Assembly (NCBI GenBank): GCA_965267575.1
Contig: OZ254086.1
Span: 3,072,001 to 3,136,000, forward strand
Length of the DNA: 64,000 nucleotides
DNA from: Calditrichales bacterium
GTDB lineage: Bacteria; Calditrichota; Calditrichia; Calditrichales; J004
Direction of reading: 5' to 3'
This document shows, piece by piece, positions 9,083 through 18,225 of this stretch. Numbering within the stretch: the first letter of the stretch is position 1; each line of letters opens with the position of its first letter. The translations under genes were made by a program, and so were the position numbers. The notes under the pieces are model-generated. The model was not told the origin of the DNA and did not search any database. It worked only from the letters and a program-made list of their open reading frames with translations.

Positions 9083-9138
9083 AAAACATTAAACGCTAAT
9101 ACGTTAACACCTTAGCACACAAAACCATCAGGCACGCT

Positions 9139-10872
9139 GTGGATATCATCTTACTGATTATCGCCGTTTTTGCCGGCTATAAACTGATGTACCGTTTTTA
9201 CGGTCGTTTTATCAGCGGCCGTATATTTAAACTTGATGAAAGCCGCAAAACACCCGCCGTTGAATTTGAGGATGGCGTGGATTACGTGCCAACCCGTAAA
9301 GAGATCATCTTTGGCCACCACTTTACCTCCATTGCCGGAACAGGCCCGATTGTCGGTCCGGCCATTGCCATTATCTGGGGCTGGGTGCCGGCGCTGTTGT
9401 GGGTCTTCATCGGTTCTGCGGTGATGGGCGCGGTACATGATTTCGGCTCGCTTGTAATTTCCCTGCGCAACCAGGGTAAATCCATTTCCGAGATTACCGC
9501 CCGCTATATCAATCCGCGTGTGCGCCTGTTCTTTTTCCTGTTGGTTTTTCTCGCTTTGTGGATCGTAATTGCCATTTTCGGATTGGTTATTGCGATTATC
9601 TTTAACATGTACCCGTCATCCGTTTGGCCGGTATGGCTGCAAATCCCCATTGCCGTTTTGCTGGGCCGCCTGATCTATAAACGGGGAGGAAACGTTACGC
9701 TGTGGACGCTGGCCGCACTGGCCGCACTGTATGGTTTTGTCATCGTGGGTTATTTTCTGCCTTTTGAGATGCCGGCGCTATTTGGCATCCCGCCCACCGG
9801 CGTGTGGACGATCATCTTGCTGGCCTACGCCTACTGGGCTTCGGTTTTGCCGGTAACCACGCTATTACAGCCGCGCGATTTTATCAACGCCTACCAGCTT
9901 CTTACCGCCATGCTGCTGCTTGTTTTGGGGGTGATTGCCTCATTGCTGTGGGGCGGCCTGGAGATTGTGGCGCCTGCGGTGCAGCTGACACCCGCGGAGG
10001 CTCCGCCGATGTGGCCGTTTCTGTTCATAACCATCGCCTGTGGCGCGATTTCCGGGTTCCACTGCCTGGTTTGTTCCGGCACAACGGCCAAGCAGCTGCG
10101 CTCAGAAAAAGACGCCTTGTTTGTGGGCTACGGCTCCATGCTGGTGGAAGGCAGCCTGGCCACGCTGGTAATTATTGCCGTTGCCGCCGGGATTGGCCTG
10201 GGTTATACGACGCCTGCCGGCGAAACCCTTTTTGGCGTGGAAGCCTGGAGTCGCCATTATGCTTCCTGGACCGCCGCGGCAGGGCTGGGCTCCAAAGTGG
10301 CCGCTTTTGTGGATGGATCCGCCAACATGATGGCCGTTCTGGGCATCCCCAAAGGTATCGGCGTGGCGCTGATGGGGCTTTTTGTGGCCTCCTTTGCCGG
10401 CACCACGCTGGATACGGCCACGCGCATCCAGCGCTACGTCGTTGCCGAGCTGGCCACGGATATGAACATGCCCAAACTTGGCAACCGCCATGCCGCCACC
10501 ACGCTGGTTGTGGTGAGCGCGGCCATCCTTGCTTTTGCCAGCGGGGCGGACGGCACCGGGGCTCTGGCCTTGTGGCCGCTGTTTGGCGCCGTTAACCAGA
10601 CGCTGGGAGCGTTGGCGCTGGTAGTGGTTACGGTCTATCTCAAACGCCATGCCGCCGGCTGGATGTGGCTGGTTGCCGGCGGACCGGCGATCTTTATGAG
10701 CGTGATGACACTGTGGGCCAGCATCCTCAACCAGGACATTTTTGTGGAGCTCAATGCTTTGTTGCTGCAGGTGATTAACCTGGCGGTTATTATAATCGTC
10801 GCCTGGGTGATCGTGGAATCACTGCTAAAATTTTTCAAAACCGAACCGGAAAGCCGAACAGTGGAAGTCTGA
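9139..10872 (+). CDS. cstA: Carbon starvation protein A (CstA) family transporter
   Basis: DGVDYVPT, GHHFTSIAGTGPIVGPAIA, GAVHDF, FITIACGAISGFH, GYGSMLVEG, TTLDTATRIQRY, LWPLFGAVNQ. Confidence 0.95.
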   Translation: MDIILLIIAVFAGYKLMYRFYGRFISGRIFKLDESRKTPAVEFEDGVDYVPTRKEIIFGHHFTSIAGTGPIVGPAIAIIWGWVPALLWVFIGSAVMGAVHDFGSLVISLRNQGKSISEITARYINPRVRLFFFLLVFLALWIVIAIFGLVIAIIFNMYPSSVWPVWLQIPIAVLLGRLIYKRGGNVTLWTLAALAALYGFVIVGYFLPFEMPALFGIPPTGVWTIILLAYAYWASVLPVTTLLQPRDFINAYQLLTAMLLLVLGVIASLLWGGLEIVAPAVQLTPAEAPPMWPFLFITIACGAISGFHCLVCSGTTAKQLRSEKDALFVGYGSMLVEGSLATLVIIAVAAGIGLGYTTPAGETLFGVEAWSRHYASWTAAAGLGSKVAAFVDGSANMMAVLGIPKGIGVALMGLFVASFAGTTLDTATRIQRYVVAELATDMNMPKLGNRHAATTLVVVSAAILAFASGADGTGALALWPLFGAVNQTLGALALVVVTVYLKRHAAGWMWLVAGGPAIFMSVMTLWASILNQDIFVELNALLLQVINLAVIIIVAWVIVESLLKFFKTEPESRTVEV

Positions 10873-10879
10873 AAAGCCT

Positions 10880-11407
10880 ATGCTGATTTTTAATCTTACC
10901 GAAACGATAATCCTTCTTGAAAGGACACCGCGCGTTCTTAATGCAATGCTCTCCGGTTTGCCGGACAAATGGCTTTATGCCAATGAGGGCCACGAAACAT
11001 GGAGCCCGTTTGATATCGTCGGTCACCTGATCCACGGCGAAAAAACCGACTGGATAGCACGCACACGTATGATTTTGGAAAAAGGTACTTCGCAGCCATT
11101 TAAACCATTTGACCGCTTTGCCCAATTTGAGGAATCAAAAAATAAAAGTATTTCTGATCTACTCGAAGAATTTGAACAGCTCCGAAAAGAAAACCTGCAC
11201 GCTCTCAGGCAATTAAATCTCACACCTGCCGATTTACAGAAAAAAGGGCTCCATCCCGATTTCGGTGAAATTACTCTGAAGCAGCTCCTGGCAACCTGGG
11301 CAACCCATGACCTGAGCCACATCAGGCAAATTTCCCGTGTAATGGCCAAGCAGTACAAAACAGACATCGGCCCCTGGGCAAAATACCTGCCTGTTGTAAG
11401 CGAGTGA
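10880..11407 (+). CDS. DinB_2 family protein
   Basis: WSPFDIVGHLIHGE...WATHDLSHIRQI. Confidence 0.88.
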   Translation: MLIFNLTETIILLERTPRVLNAMLSGLPDKWLYANEGHETWSPFDIVGHLIHGEKTDWIARTRMILEKGTSQPFKPFDRFAQFEESKNKSISDLLEEFEQLRKENLHALRQLNLTPADLQKKGLHPDFGEITLKQLLATWATHDLSHIRQISRVMAKQYKTDIGPWAKYLPVVSE

Positions 11408-11583
11408 TATGGCGGATTCTTTGAAGACTTGACGATCTTTTTGTTTTAAAAGATAAGCCCGTTTTATGTTTAATAGACGCCTGATAGCAAAAACATTTCC
11501 TTTTAATACTTCGTCATTGAATTGCTGAAGGTCTGCTCATATCTTTTTAAAGTCTTTTTCAAAAACCAGAGCTAAGAAAGCAA

Positions 11584-13722
11584 ATGCGTTATCTTCTTAT
11601 TTATCTGTCCCTATTTCTAATAATTTTGGCGTTAAGTGCCCAGGAAGCCTGGCAAAAGCTGCCCGGCCCACCAGGGGGTGTAGTACGTTCTATGGCCACT
11701 TCAAAGAACGGGGATGGACGAATGGCTCTTGGGACAATAGATGGCCGGGTTTATTACAGCTTTAGCGGGGGAGAAGCCTGGGTGCGTAGCCCTCGCATTT
11801 TCAATACGTCAGTTGAGGGTTTAGTATATAATCACGACGGCGGTCTATGGGCCGCCGTTTATGATTTGGGGACCTGGGTATCCCGGGACAATGGAAAGGT
11901 ATGGCAGGAAGAGCGTTTTGTAGCTGATGAAGACGATTGGAGTATAGAGGCCGATGATCATTTAAATATCTATGTTGGAACGGCTCACAGCCCTGAGGAA
12001 GTATTTCGTAGCGCTGACCAGGGGAGTTCATGGGCTCGTATATTGCGAAACCAAATTGGTGAAGTAGATGATATATATTTCTCTAATATAAATAGGCTTT
12101 TTGTGTCAGGTGCCAGCGGGTTATATTATAGCGATAATCGGGGAAATAGCTGGTATTCTGTCGGCGAAATGATTGACAAGCATTCCGCTATTAGAGTAAG
12201 AGGTGCTGATAGTATTTTTTACGCCTTGACGGAAAATGTGGGGACATTTATTTCGAAGAACTCAGGCAAAAACTGGAAGGAAACTGATTCTACGGATGCG
12301 CTTCGCAACTCTTTCGCAAATGATATGGTCGTGTTAAATGATTCCACTGTTTTTATAGCAACGGATTTTCGCGGCCTTTTGAAGTCTCAAGATTATAGTT
12401 ACACATTTTCCGAAATACCCTGGCCGGCGGAGGACGGTTGTTTCTCGAACCTATTATTGGATTCAAGCAATATACTGTATCTTACAACCTGCGGTGGCGC
12501 TGTATGGCGCTCGCTTGACGACGGTCATTCCTGGCATGAATGGAGCGCCGGAATTTTTAACAGCCAGATAAATGGCATGGCGATAGATGCGTCCGGTGCA
12601 ATTTACGCTGCTGTTTGGCGGGCAGGTGTGTACAAAAGCGAAAACGGCTCGGGTTGGCTCAGCATGAGTAATGGCATAAGCACGGCCGATATCCACTCCA
12701 TTCTGGTCACCCAATCCGGAGATTTGTTTGTGGGCATCGCACGCCCGGACCTGCTGCAAGTCCCTATACAACGCGGTTTGTTTAAATGGAATACGGACAG
12801 CTTGCGCTGGACAAAGTGGGGCGAGTTTGGCGACGCGCCTGTACTCGACATAAAAGAAGATGTTGAGGGTACCCTTTATTGCAGGCTTTCCACGCGTGAA
12901 TTATTCCGGTCTTCTGACAATGCCCAAACCTGGACAAAAATATCGGGCAGTAACGCAGTCTCCAGTTTTGAGTCAGACGATCAGGGTACGCTTTTTATGG
13001 GCACGGAGAACGGACTGGTTTTCCGCTCCAATAATAAAGGCGATTCCTGGGAAGAGATTACGACCGGGCTGGCCCAAAACCACCGCATCACATCTATCGA
13101 AGCTTCTGACGATGGCATGTTGTATTGCTCGCTGGCCGGGGGCGGAGTCTACCGCTCTTTCAATAAAGGCGATGTGTGGCAGGAGGCCAACGCCGGCCTG
13201 ACTGAAGATGCTATTTTAAAAGTCTCATCCACGCCGCAGCTTGAGCTTATTGCCGCCGGCTACGCCGAGGGCGAGTTCTGGTTATCCGATGATCTGGGCA
13301 ACAACTGGACGTACATCGGCGATCAGCTGGCCAGGCTGGAATATGCATCGATTGCTTACGACCGGCAAGGCTATATCTATTTGGGCACCAACGAGGGCAT
13401 CTGGAAAAGCACTGACACCCTGTTAACAGCCCTTGGTAACCTGCAGAATACGCTGCCAACCCGTCCAACGCTGGGCGCTAATTATCCCAACCCTTTTAAC
13501 CCGCTCACAAGTATCCCCTTTGAACTGCCGCGGCCAGGTCACATAAAGCTCGAAATATTTGACGCCGCCGGCCGCCACATTACAACCCTGCTGGATGAAC
13601 AGCGTCCCGCCGGCAGACATCTGGCCGTTTTTGACGGACGCAGGCTTTCATCCGGTGTATACTTTTACAGGCTATCGGCCCAAAGCTATTCTCAAACACG
13701 CAAAATGTTACTGGTGAAATAA
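11584..13722 (+). CDS. Secreted BNR/Asp-box beta-propeller protein with T9SS-type CTD
   Basis: Signal peptide; many S-x-D/N-x-G-x-x-W repeats; NYPNPFNP...LSSGVYFYRL...RKMLLVK. Confidence 0.88.
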   Translation: MRYLLIYLSLFLIILALSAQEAWQKLPGPPGGVVRSMATSKNGDGRMALGTIDGRVYYSFSGGEAWVRSPRIFNTSVEGLVYNHDGGLWAAVYDLGTWVSRDNGKVWQEERFVADEDDWSIEADDHLNIYVGTAHSPEEVFRSADQGSSWARILRNQIGEVDDIYFSNINRLFVSGASGLYYSDNRGNSWYSVGEMIDKHSAIRVRGADSIFYALTENVGTFISKNSGKNWKETDSTDALRNSFANDMVVLNDSTVFIATDFRGLLKSQDYSYTFSEIPWPAEDGCFSNLLLDSSNILYLTTCGGAVWRSLDDGHSWHEWSAGIFNSQINGMAIDASGAIYAAVWRAGVYKSENGSGWLSMSNGISTADIHSILVTQSGDLFVGIARPDLLQVPIQRGLFKWNTDSLRWTKWGEFGDAPVLDIKEDVEGTLYCRLSTRELFRSSDNAQTWTKISGSNAVSSFESDDQGTLFMGTENGLVFRSNNKGDSWEEITTGLAQNHRITSIEASDDGMLYCSLAGGGVYRSFNKGDVWQEANAGLTEDAILKVSSTPQLELIAAGYAEGEFWLSDDLGNNWTYIGDQLARLEYASIAYDRQGYIYLGTNEGIWKSTDTLLTALGNLQNTLPTRPTLGANYPNPFNPLTSIPFELPRPGHIKLEIFDAAGRHITTLLDEQRPAGRHLAVFDGRRLSSGVYFYRLSAQSYSQTRKMLLVK

Positions 13723-13957
13723 GTAAATATATTGCGCCTCATCCTTGAGGTCACTTTTAGCTTTAGGTGTTGTCTTACCTCATGGTCATGAGCTGTCCTT
13801 CCATCTAGATTTTGTATAAAACTTGCTGCTTTGGCTGAACCAAGGCACTAAGTTTAAATTAAAAAAACTGTTTCCGGGGTTAGCGGTAGTCCGTATATTT
13901 AACCGTATTTCTGATCTGCACCTTTTACCAAATCTCTAATCATACAGCGGAGGTCCT

Positions 13958-14416
13958 ATGTTCAAGGAGTTCAAAGAGTTTGCTATGCGCGGCAACGTGG
14001 TCGACATGGCGGTTGGTATCATTATCGGCGCCGCCTTTGGCAGCATTGTCAAATCTCTTGTAGCGGATGTTCTGATGCCGCCGATAGGTTTATTGCTTGG
14101 CAATGTGGATTTTGCCAATCTCTTTGTGGTAATCAAAGGTGGTACAATCGCCGGGCCTTATCTGTCTCTGCAGGCAGCGCAGGAAGCCGGAGCGGTAACC
14201 GTCAACTATGGCGTCTTTTTGAATAATGTTATCAGCTTCATTATTGTGGCTTTTGCTGTTTTTATGGTCATCAAATCTTTGAACAAGATGAAGCGCAAGG
14301 AAGACGCTCCGCCGCCACCGGAACCTACTGTTAAAGAATGCCCTTATTGTAAATCGACGATTGCCATCCTGGCCACGCGCTGTCCCAATTGCACGTCGCA
14401 ACTGGAAAACAAGTAA
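13958..14416 (+). CDS. mscL: Large-conductance mechanosensitive channel with C-terminal CxxC...CxxC ribbon
   Basis: [37 protein letters not shown]; tail KECPYC...RCPNC. Confidence 0.96.
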   Translation: MFKEFKEFAMRGNVVDMAVGIIIGAAFGSIVKSLVADVLMPPIGLLLGNVDFANLFVVIKGGTIAGPYLSLQAAQEAGAVTVNYGVFLNNVISFIIVAFAVFMVIKSLNKMKRKEDAPPPPEPTVKECPYCKSTIAILATRCPNCTSQLENK

Positions 14417-14428
14417 CAAATAAACAAG

Positions 14429-14465
14429 TCCGGCGGAATCTAACGGCTCCGCCGGATTATTTTTA
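14429..14465 (+). terminator. Probable intrinsic terminator after mscL
   Basis: TCCGGCGGA/TCCGCCGGA stem followed by TTATTTTT. Confidence 0.65.
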
Positions 14466-14604
14466 GCATTCTGGAAAGCCCTGTTTTAGACCCCCCTCTT
14501 AATTCATAAACCGACTTTGCTATTTAATTAAGTCTATTAAAATATCTCTTCGTATATTCCGGTGTTTCTCCCTGCATTCTCATAAAACAATACAGGAGCG
14601 CATC

Positions 14605-15060
14605 ATGGAAAATTTTCAGGACTGGATGCATCCGGCCCTTATCTGGTTTGTAATCGGTCTTATCCTGTTGATCATAGAATTCATCAATCCGGGTATTGTG
14701 ATTATTTTTTTTGGTTTGGGCGCCTGGGTGGTCGCATTGATTTGTCTGTTTTTGGACATATCGATCAACGTGCAGCTTGTCGTTTTTCTGATCACCTCGC
14801 TTCTTTTCCTTGTCAGCCTGCGCAAATGGTTTAAGCAGCTTTTCGTGGATCGTTTCGTTGAAGAGAGCAGCGAGGAAGATGAAGATGATATGATTGGTAA
14901 ACAGGCTGTTGTAATAAAAGCCATAAAGCCCCGGGTAAAAGGCCGGGTTGAATTTCGCGGCAGTCACTGGGACGCCGAAAGCGAAGAAGAATTGCCTAAG
15001 GGCAGCAACGTGGAAATCGTGTCTAAAAACAATATTACTCTAACTGTAAAAAGAATTTGA
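14605..15060 (+). CDS. NfeD family protein (short form)
   Basis: N-terminal TM segments plus OB-like GRVEFRGSHWDA; directly upstream of an SPFH gene. Confidence 0.88.
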   Translation: MENFQDWMHPALIWFVIGLILLIIEFINPGIVIIFFGLGAWVVALICLFLDISINVQLVVFLITSLLFLVSLRKWFKQLFVDRFVEESSEEDEDDMIGKQAVVIKAIKPRVKGRVEFRGSHWDAESEEELPKGSNVEIVSKNNITLTVKRI

Positions 15061-15073
15061 AAGGATCCGCGTC

Positions 15074-16006
15074 ATGACGCCTTTTACTTATATCCTGCTG
15101 GGACTAATTCTTATTGTCCTGATTGCTTTTGTTAAAACATTTCAGATTGTCCCGCAAAGAACGGCCTATATCATAGAACGTCTGGGAAAGTACCGTATCA
15201 CATTGGAAGCAGGTTTTCATATACTGATTCCGTTTTTTGACAAGGTCGCTTATAAACACACCCTGAAGGAACAAGCCATAGATGTACCACCGCAGACCTG
15301 TATTACCAAAGACAACATTGCCGTTGAGGTGGATGGCATTTTATACCTGCAGGTAACCGATGCCAAGCGCGCAAGCTACGGCATCAACAATTACCAGTTT
15401 GCCTCCACGCAGCTGGCCCAAACAACCATGCGCAGCGTGATCGGAAAACTGGAACTGGACAAAACCTTTGAAGAACGCGATGCGATCAACTCGGCCATCG
15501 TCGAGGCTGTAGATAAAGCGTCCGATCCCTGGGGCGTGAAGGTGACGCGCTATGAAGTTAAAAACATTGTGCCGCCGCAAAGCATCAAAGACGCCATGGA
15601 GAAGCAAATGCGCGCGGAGCGTGAAAAACGCGCCACTATAGCAGAATCCGAAGGGGACAGGCAAGCCAAAATAAACCGCGCCGAAGGCGACCGCCAGGAG
15701 CTAATTGCCCGCTCCGAGGGTGAAAAACAAAAACGAATCAATGAAGCCGAAGGACGGGCCGCGGAGATTGAGAAGGTTGCCGTAGCCACGGCGGAAGGCA
15801 TCAGGCAAATCGCCCTTGCCATTAACGAAAAAGGCGGCAGTGAAGCCGTAAACCTGCGCGTGGCCGAGCAGTATATCCAGGAGTTTGGCAAACTGGCCCA
15901 AACCAACAACAGCATGATCATCCCCAGCGACCTGTCGGATATGGCCGGGCTGATCGCTACGGCAATGAGCGTTATAAAGAAGGATAGCCAGTCCGGCGTT
16001 GCCTGA
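15074..16006 (+). CDS. SPFH/Band 7 paraslipin (QmcA-like)
   Basis: IIERLGKY, QTCITKDN, LAQTTMRSVIG, KQMRAEREKRA. Confidence 0.95.
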   Translation: MTPFTYILLGLILIVLIAFVKTFQIVPQRTAYIIERLGKYRITLEAGFHILIPFFDKVAYKHTLKEQAIDVPPQTCITKDNIAVEVDGILYLQVTDAKRASYGINNYQFASTQLAQTTMRSVIGKLELDKTFEERDAINSAIVEAVDKASDPWGVKVTRYEVKNIVPPQSIKDAMEKQMRAEREKRATIAESEGDRQAKINRAEGDRQELIARSEGEKQKRINEAEGRAAEIEKVAVATAEGIRQIALAINEKGGSEAVNLRVAEQYIQEFGKLAQTNNSMIIPSDLSDMAGLIATAMSVIKKDSQSGVA

Positions 16007-16078
16007 TGACCGTGCAGCTTTTATACACGCGCTTTTATCCTTAACAAAAAAAGTGCCCTGAATCGTGAGCTCAGCTAA

Positions 16079-16096
16079 TTGGCATCAAACTTGTAT
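16079..16096 (+). promoter_or_regulatory. Candidate sigma54 (-24/-12) promoter
   Basis: TTGGCATCAAACTTGTAT: GG-N10-GT spacing, about 45 bp upstream of the lipoprotein start. Confidence 0.5.
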
Positions 16097-16137
16097 TCTT
16101 ATAATAGAATCGTTTATAAATAGAGAATATAAGGAGT

Positions 16138-16977
16138 TTGGTTATGTACAGATATTTTATCATTGCATTCATGCTGATTGCCGGGGTGTTTTTATACAAC
16201 GCCTGCAGCGAAGCCGATGACGGTGTAGGCAGCGGCGACAGCGGTACATTGAGCATTCAGGTGACGGACGCCCCGTTCCCGGTGGATTCCATTGCAAAAG
16301 CCGAAGTAACGATAACCAAAATCGAGCTGCGCCACGCCGACAGCACGGACGGCTCGCCGTTTGTAACCGTATTTGAGGGCAGCTACACTTTTAACCTGAT
16401 TGACCTGCGCAACGGTGTTGTCGCCAATCTGCCGGACGTTGAGATTCCCGTGGGAACCTACGATCTGGTACGAATCTATATCAGTGACGCGTCGGTTGAG
16501 ATGAACAATACGACGGTCTATGATCTGAAAATACCGAGCGCTGCTTCCTCCGGCCTGAAGGTTTTTGTAAATCCCGCGGTAGAAGTTGTAGGCGGGCTCA
16601 CCAGCGAACTGCTTTTGGATTTTGACCTGACCAAATCGTTTGTTGCTCGTGGTAAAATCGGCCGCCCGGGCTTTAATGGTTTTATTTTTAAACCGGTGCT
16701 GCGCGCCGTAAACCGCACGATGACCGGCCGCATTGGCGGTGAAGTGACCGATACGGCAGCCGTAGCAATCGCTGGCGCCCAGGTCTGGATTGAGCAGGAT
16801 AGTGTCGTTTCGAACACTTTTACCGATTCGCTGGGACGATATGCCCTTATTGGCCTTCCTGAGGGCACTTACGACATCCATGCCACCAAGGCCGGGTACG
16901 ACACAGCAAGTTTTTCAGGAATTCAGGTTGTACGCGGGAACTTAACTATCCAATCGTTTGTATTAGAAAACGAGTAA
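16138..16977 (+). CDS. DUF4382 + carboxypeptidase-regulatory-like domain lipoprotein
   Basis: Lipobox YNAC; VTDAP, LKIPSAASSGLKV, LLLDFDLTKSF, FKPVLR; C-terminal TDSLGRY...GLPEGTY..HATKAGY. True start may be ATG 16144. Confidence 0.8.
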   Translation: MVMYRYFIIAFMLIAGVFLYNACSEADDGVGSGDSGTLSIQVTDAPFPVDSIAKAEVTITKIELRHADSTDGSPFVTVFEGSYTFNLIDLRNGVVANLPDVEIPVGTYDLVRIYISDASVEMNNTTVYDLKIPSAASSGLKVFVNPAVEVVGGLTSELLLDFDLTKSFVARGKIGRPGFNGFIFKPVLRAVNRTMTGRIGGEVTDTAAVAIAGAQVWIEQDSVVSNTFTDSLGRYALIGLPEGTYDIHATKAGYDTASFSGIQVVRGNLTIQSFVLENE

Positions 16978-16997
16978 CAACTCCTACCCCCCTGAGT

Positions 16998-17028
16998 AAG
17001 CGGGTGCTTCGGCACCCGCTTTTTTTTT
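16998..17028 (+). terminator. Intrinsic terminator
   Basis: AGCGGGTGC-TTCG-GCACCCGCT followed by a T run. Confidence 0.9.
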
Positions 17029-17090
17029 ATATTTCCATCCATCCTTCTTATTTTTTCCCTTTAAGTACTTTTTTGAACGGAACGTTTATT

Positions 17091-17354
17091 TTGAAGATAA
17101 TCGAGCGAATAAAGCGTTTTTTTCATTTTCAGCAAACGCTGGCAGCTGATGACCTGCTTTGGGAGGTGCATGAGTTGCGCCACGTTTTTGCGTTGTTAAC
17201 CGTAGGCAGCTTTACTGGTCTGCCGGGGGCGCCGCTGCCTGTAACGCTGGAATTGCTGCCGGTGATGGAGGAAGAAGTGATCCTGATGCTGGACAAGATC
17301 CCGCTGGCCGCCGATCCCTTGAGTGACCAGTTCGGGCGCCTGGACGCGGTTTAA
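17091..17354 (+). CDS. Small protein resembling the CstA/ArsA-associated (cory-CC-star-like) family
   Basis: Probable TTG start at 17091 (the GTG at 17004 lies inside the terminator); ELRHVFALLTVGSFTGLPGAPLPVTLELLPVM core; TAATG coupling to the ArsA gene. Confidence 0.6.
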   Translation: MKIIERIKRFFHFQQTLAADDLLWEVHELRHVFALLTVGSFTGLPGAPLPVTLELLPVMEEEVILMLDKIPLAADPLSDQFGRLDAV

Positions 17355-18211
17355 TGGGCAAAATCGTTTTTGTCCTGGGCAAGGGCGGTGCAGGCAAAAC
17401 GACGGTGGCCTCGTTGTGCGCGCTGCGCCTGGCCGGAGAAGGGAAATTCGTTGTTTTGGCGTCACTCGATGCGGCGCATAACCTGGGCGATCTTTTCGGA
17501 TTGGCCATTGCAGACAAACCGGTGAGGGCAGAGCGCTCATTAGTATTGCTGGAGGTTGATCAGAGAAAGTGGCTTAAACGCTACCTGGACGAGAAAGAAC
17601 AGCAGATGCGCAACGCTTACCGCTATCTTTCCTCCTTCAGTATAGAGGAGCATTTTTCTGTTGTTCGTCATAGTCCGGGTATGGAGGAACACGCCATGTT
17701 GCTGGCCTTCGAGGCATTGCAGCGGGAGTACGGAGAAAACAACACCCTGATCCTTGATATGCCGCCGACGGGACTAGCTCTTTCTTTTTTGAGCCTGCCT
17801 GCGGTTTCGGTTTTGTGGCTGCAAAAGCTGGCCGCTTTGCGCGCGGAAATCGTAAAGAAAAAAGAGGTGGCCGATCGTCTGCTGGGCAACAAGGAACATC
17901 ATGGAGACAGGGTAAGTGCCGTCCTGCAACAGCAGCTGGATTTTTACGGCCGGCTGAACCGGCTGTTCCGGGACAGCAAAAATACGGTCATGTTGGTGAT
18001 TGACAATCCTGAATTGCTGGCCCAAAAAGAGGCGGAGCGGATAACGACACGGCTGCAGGAACTAGATATGCCGGAAGCACTTCGAATGACCAATAAAAGC
18101 AATCGCCAAAATGAAAATGAACTGTTATATGTGCAAAACACGCAGGGACTTGCTAATTTAAAGGCTTTGATGCAGAAGCTGCCGCAAAACATAATGGAAA
18201 AATTGAGATAA
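17354..18211 (+). CDS. ArsA/GET3 family ATPase
   Basis: GKGGAGKTT deviant Walker A, SLDAAHNLGD switch I, SPGMEE, DMPPTG switch II. Confidence 0.9.
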   Translation: MGKIVFVLGKGGAGKTTVASLCALRLAGEGKFVVLASLDAAHNLGDLFGLAIADKPVRAERSLVLLEVDQRKWLKRYLDEKEQQMRNAYRYLSSFSIEEHFSVVRHSPGMEEHAMLLAFEALQREYGENNTLILDMPPTGLALSFLSLPAVSVLWLQKLAALRAEIVKKKEVADRLLGNKEHHGDRVSAVLQQQLDFYGRLNRLFRDSKNTVMLVIDNPELLAQKEAERITTRLQELDMPEALRMTNKSNRQNENELLYVQNTQGLANLKALMQKLPQNIMEKLR

Positions 18212-18225
18212 CTCAGGGAGAAAAA

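Noticed and set aside
17004..17090. ORF-track start of the small protein at GTG 17004
   Set aside because: It lies inside a clear intrinsic terminator; TTG 17091 is more plausible.
17354..18211. Arsenic-resistance operon
   Set aside because: No arsR/B/C/D or acr3 nearby, and the metalloid-binding cysteines are lacking.
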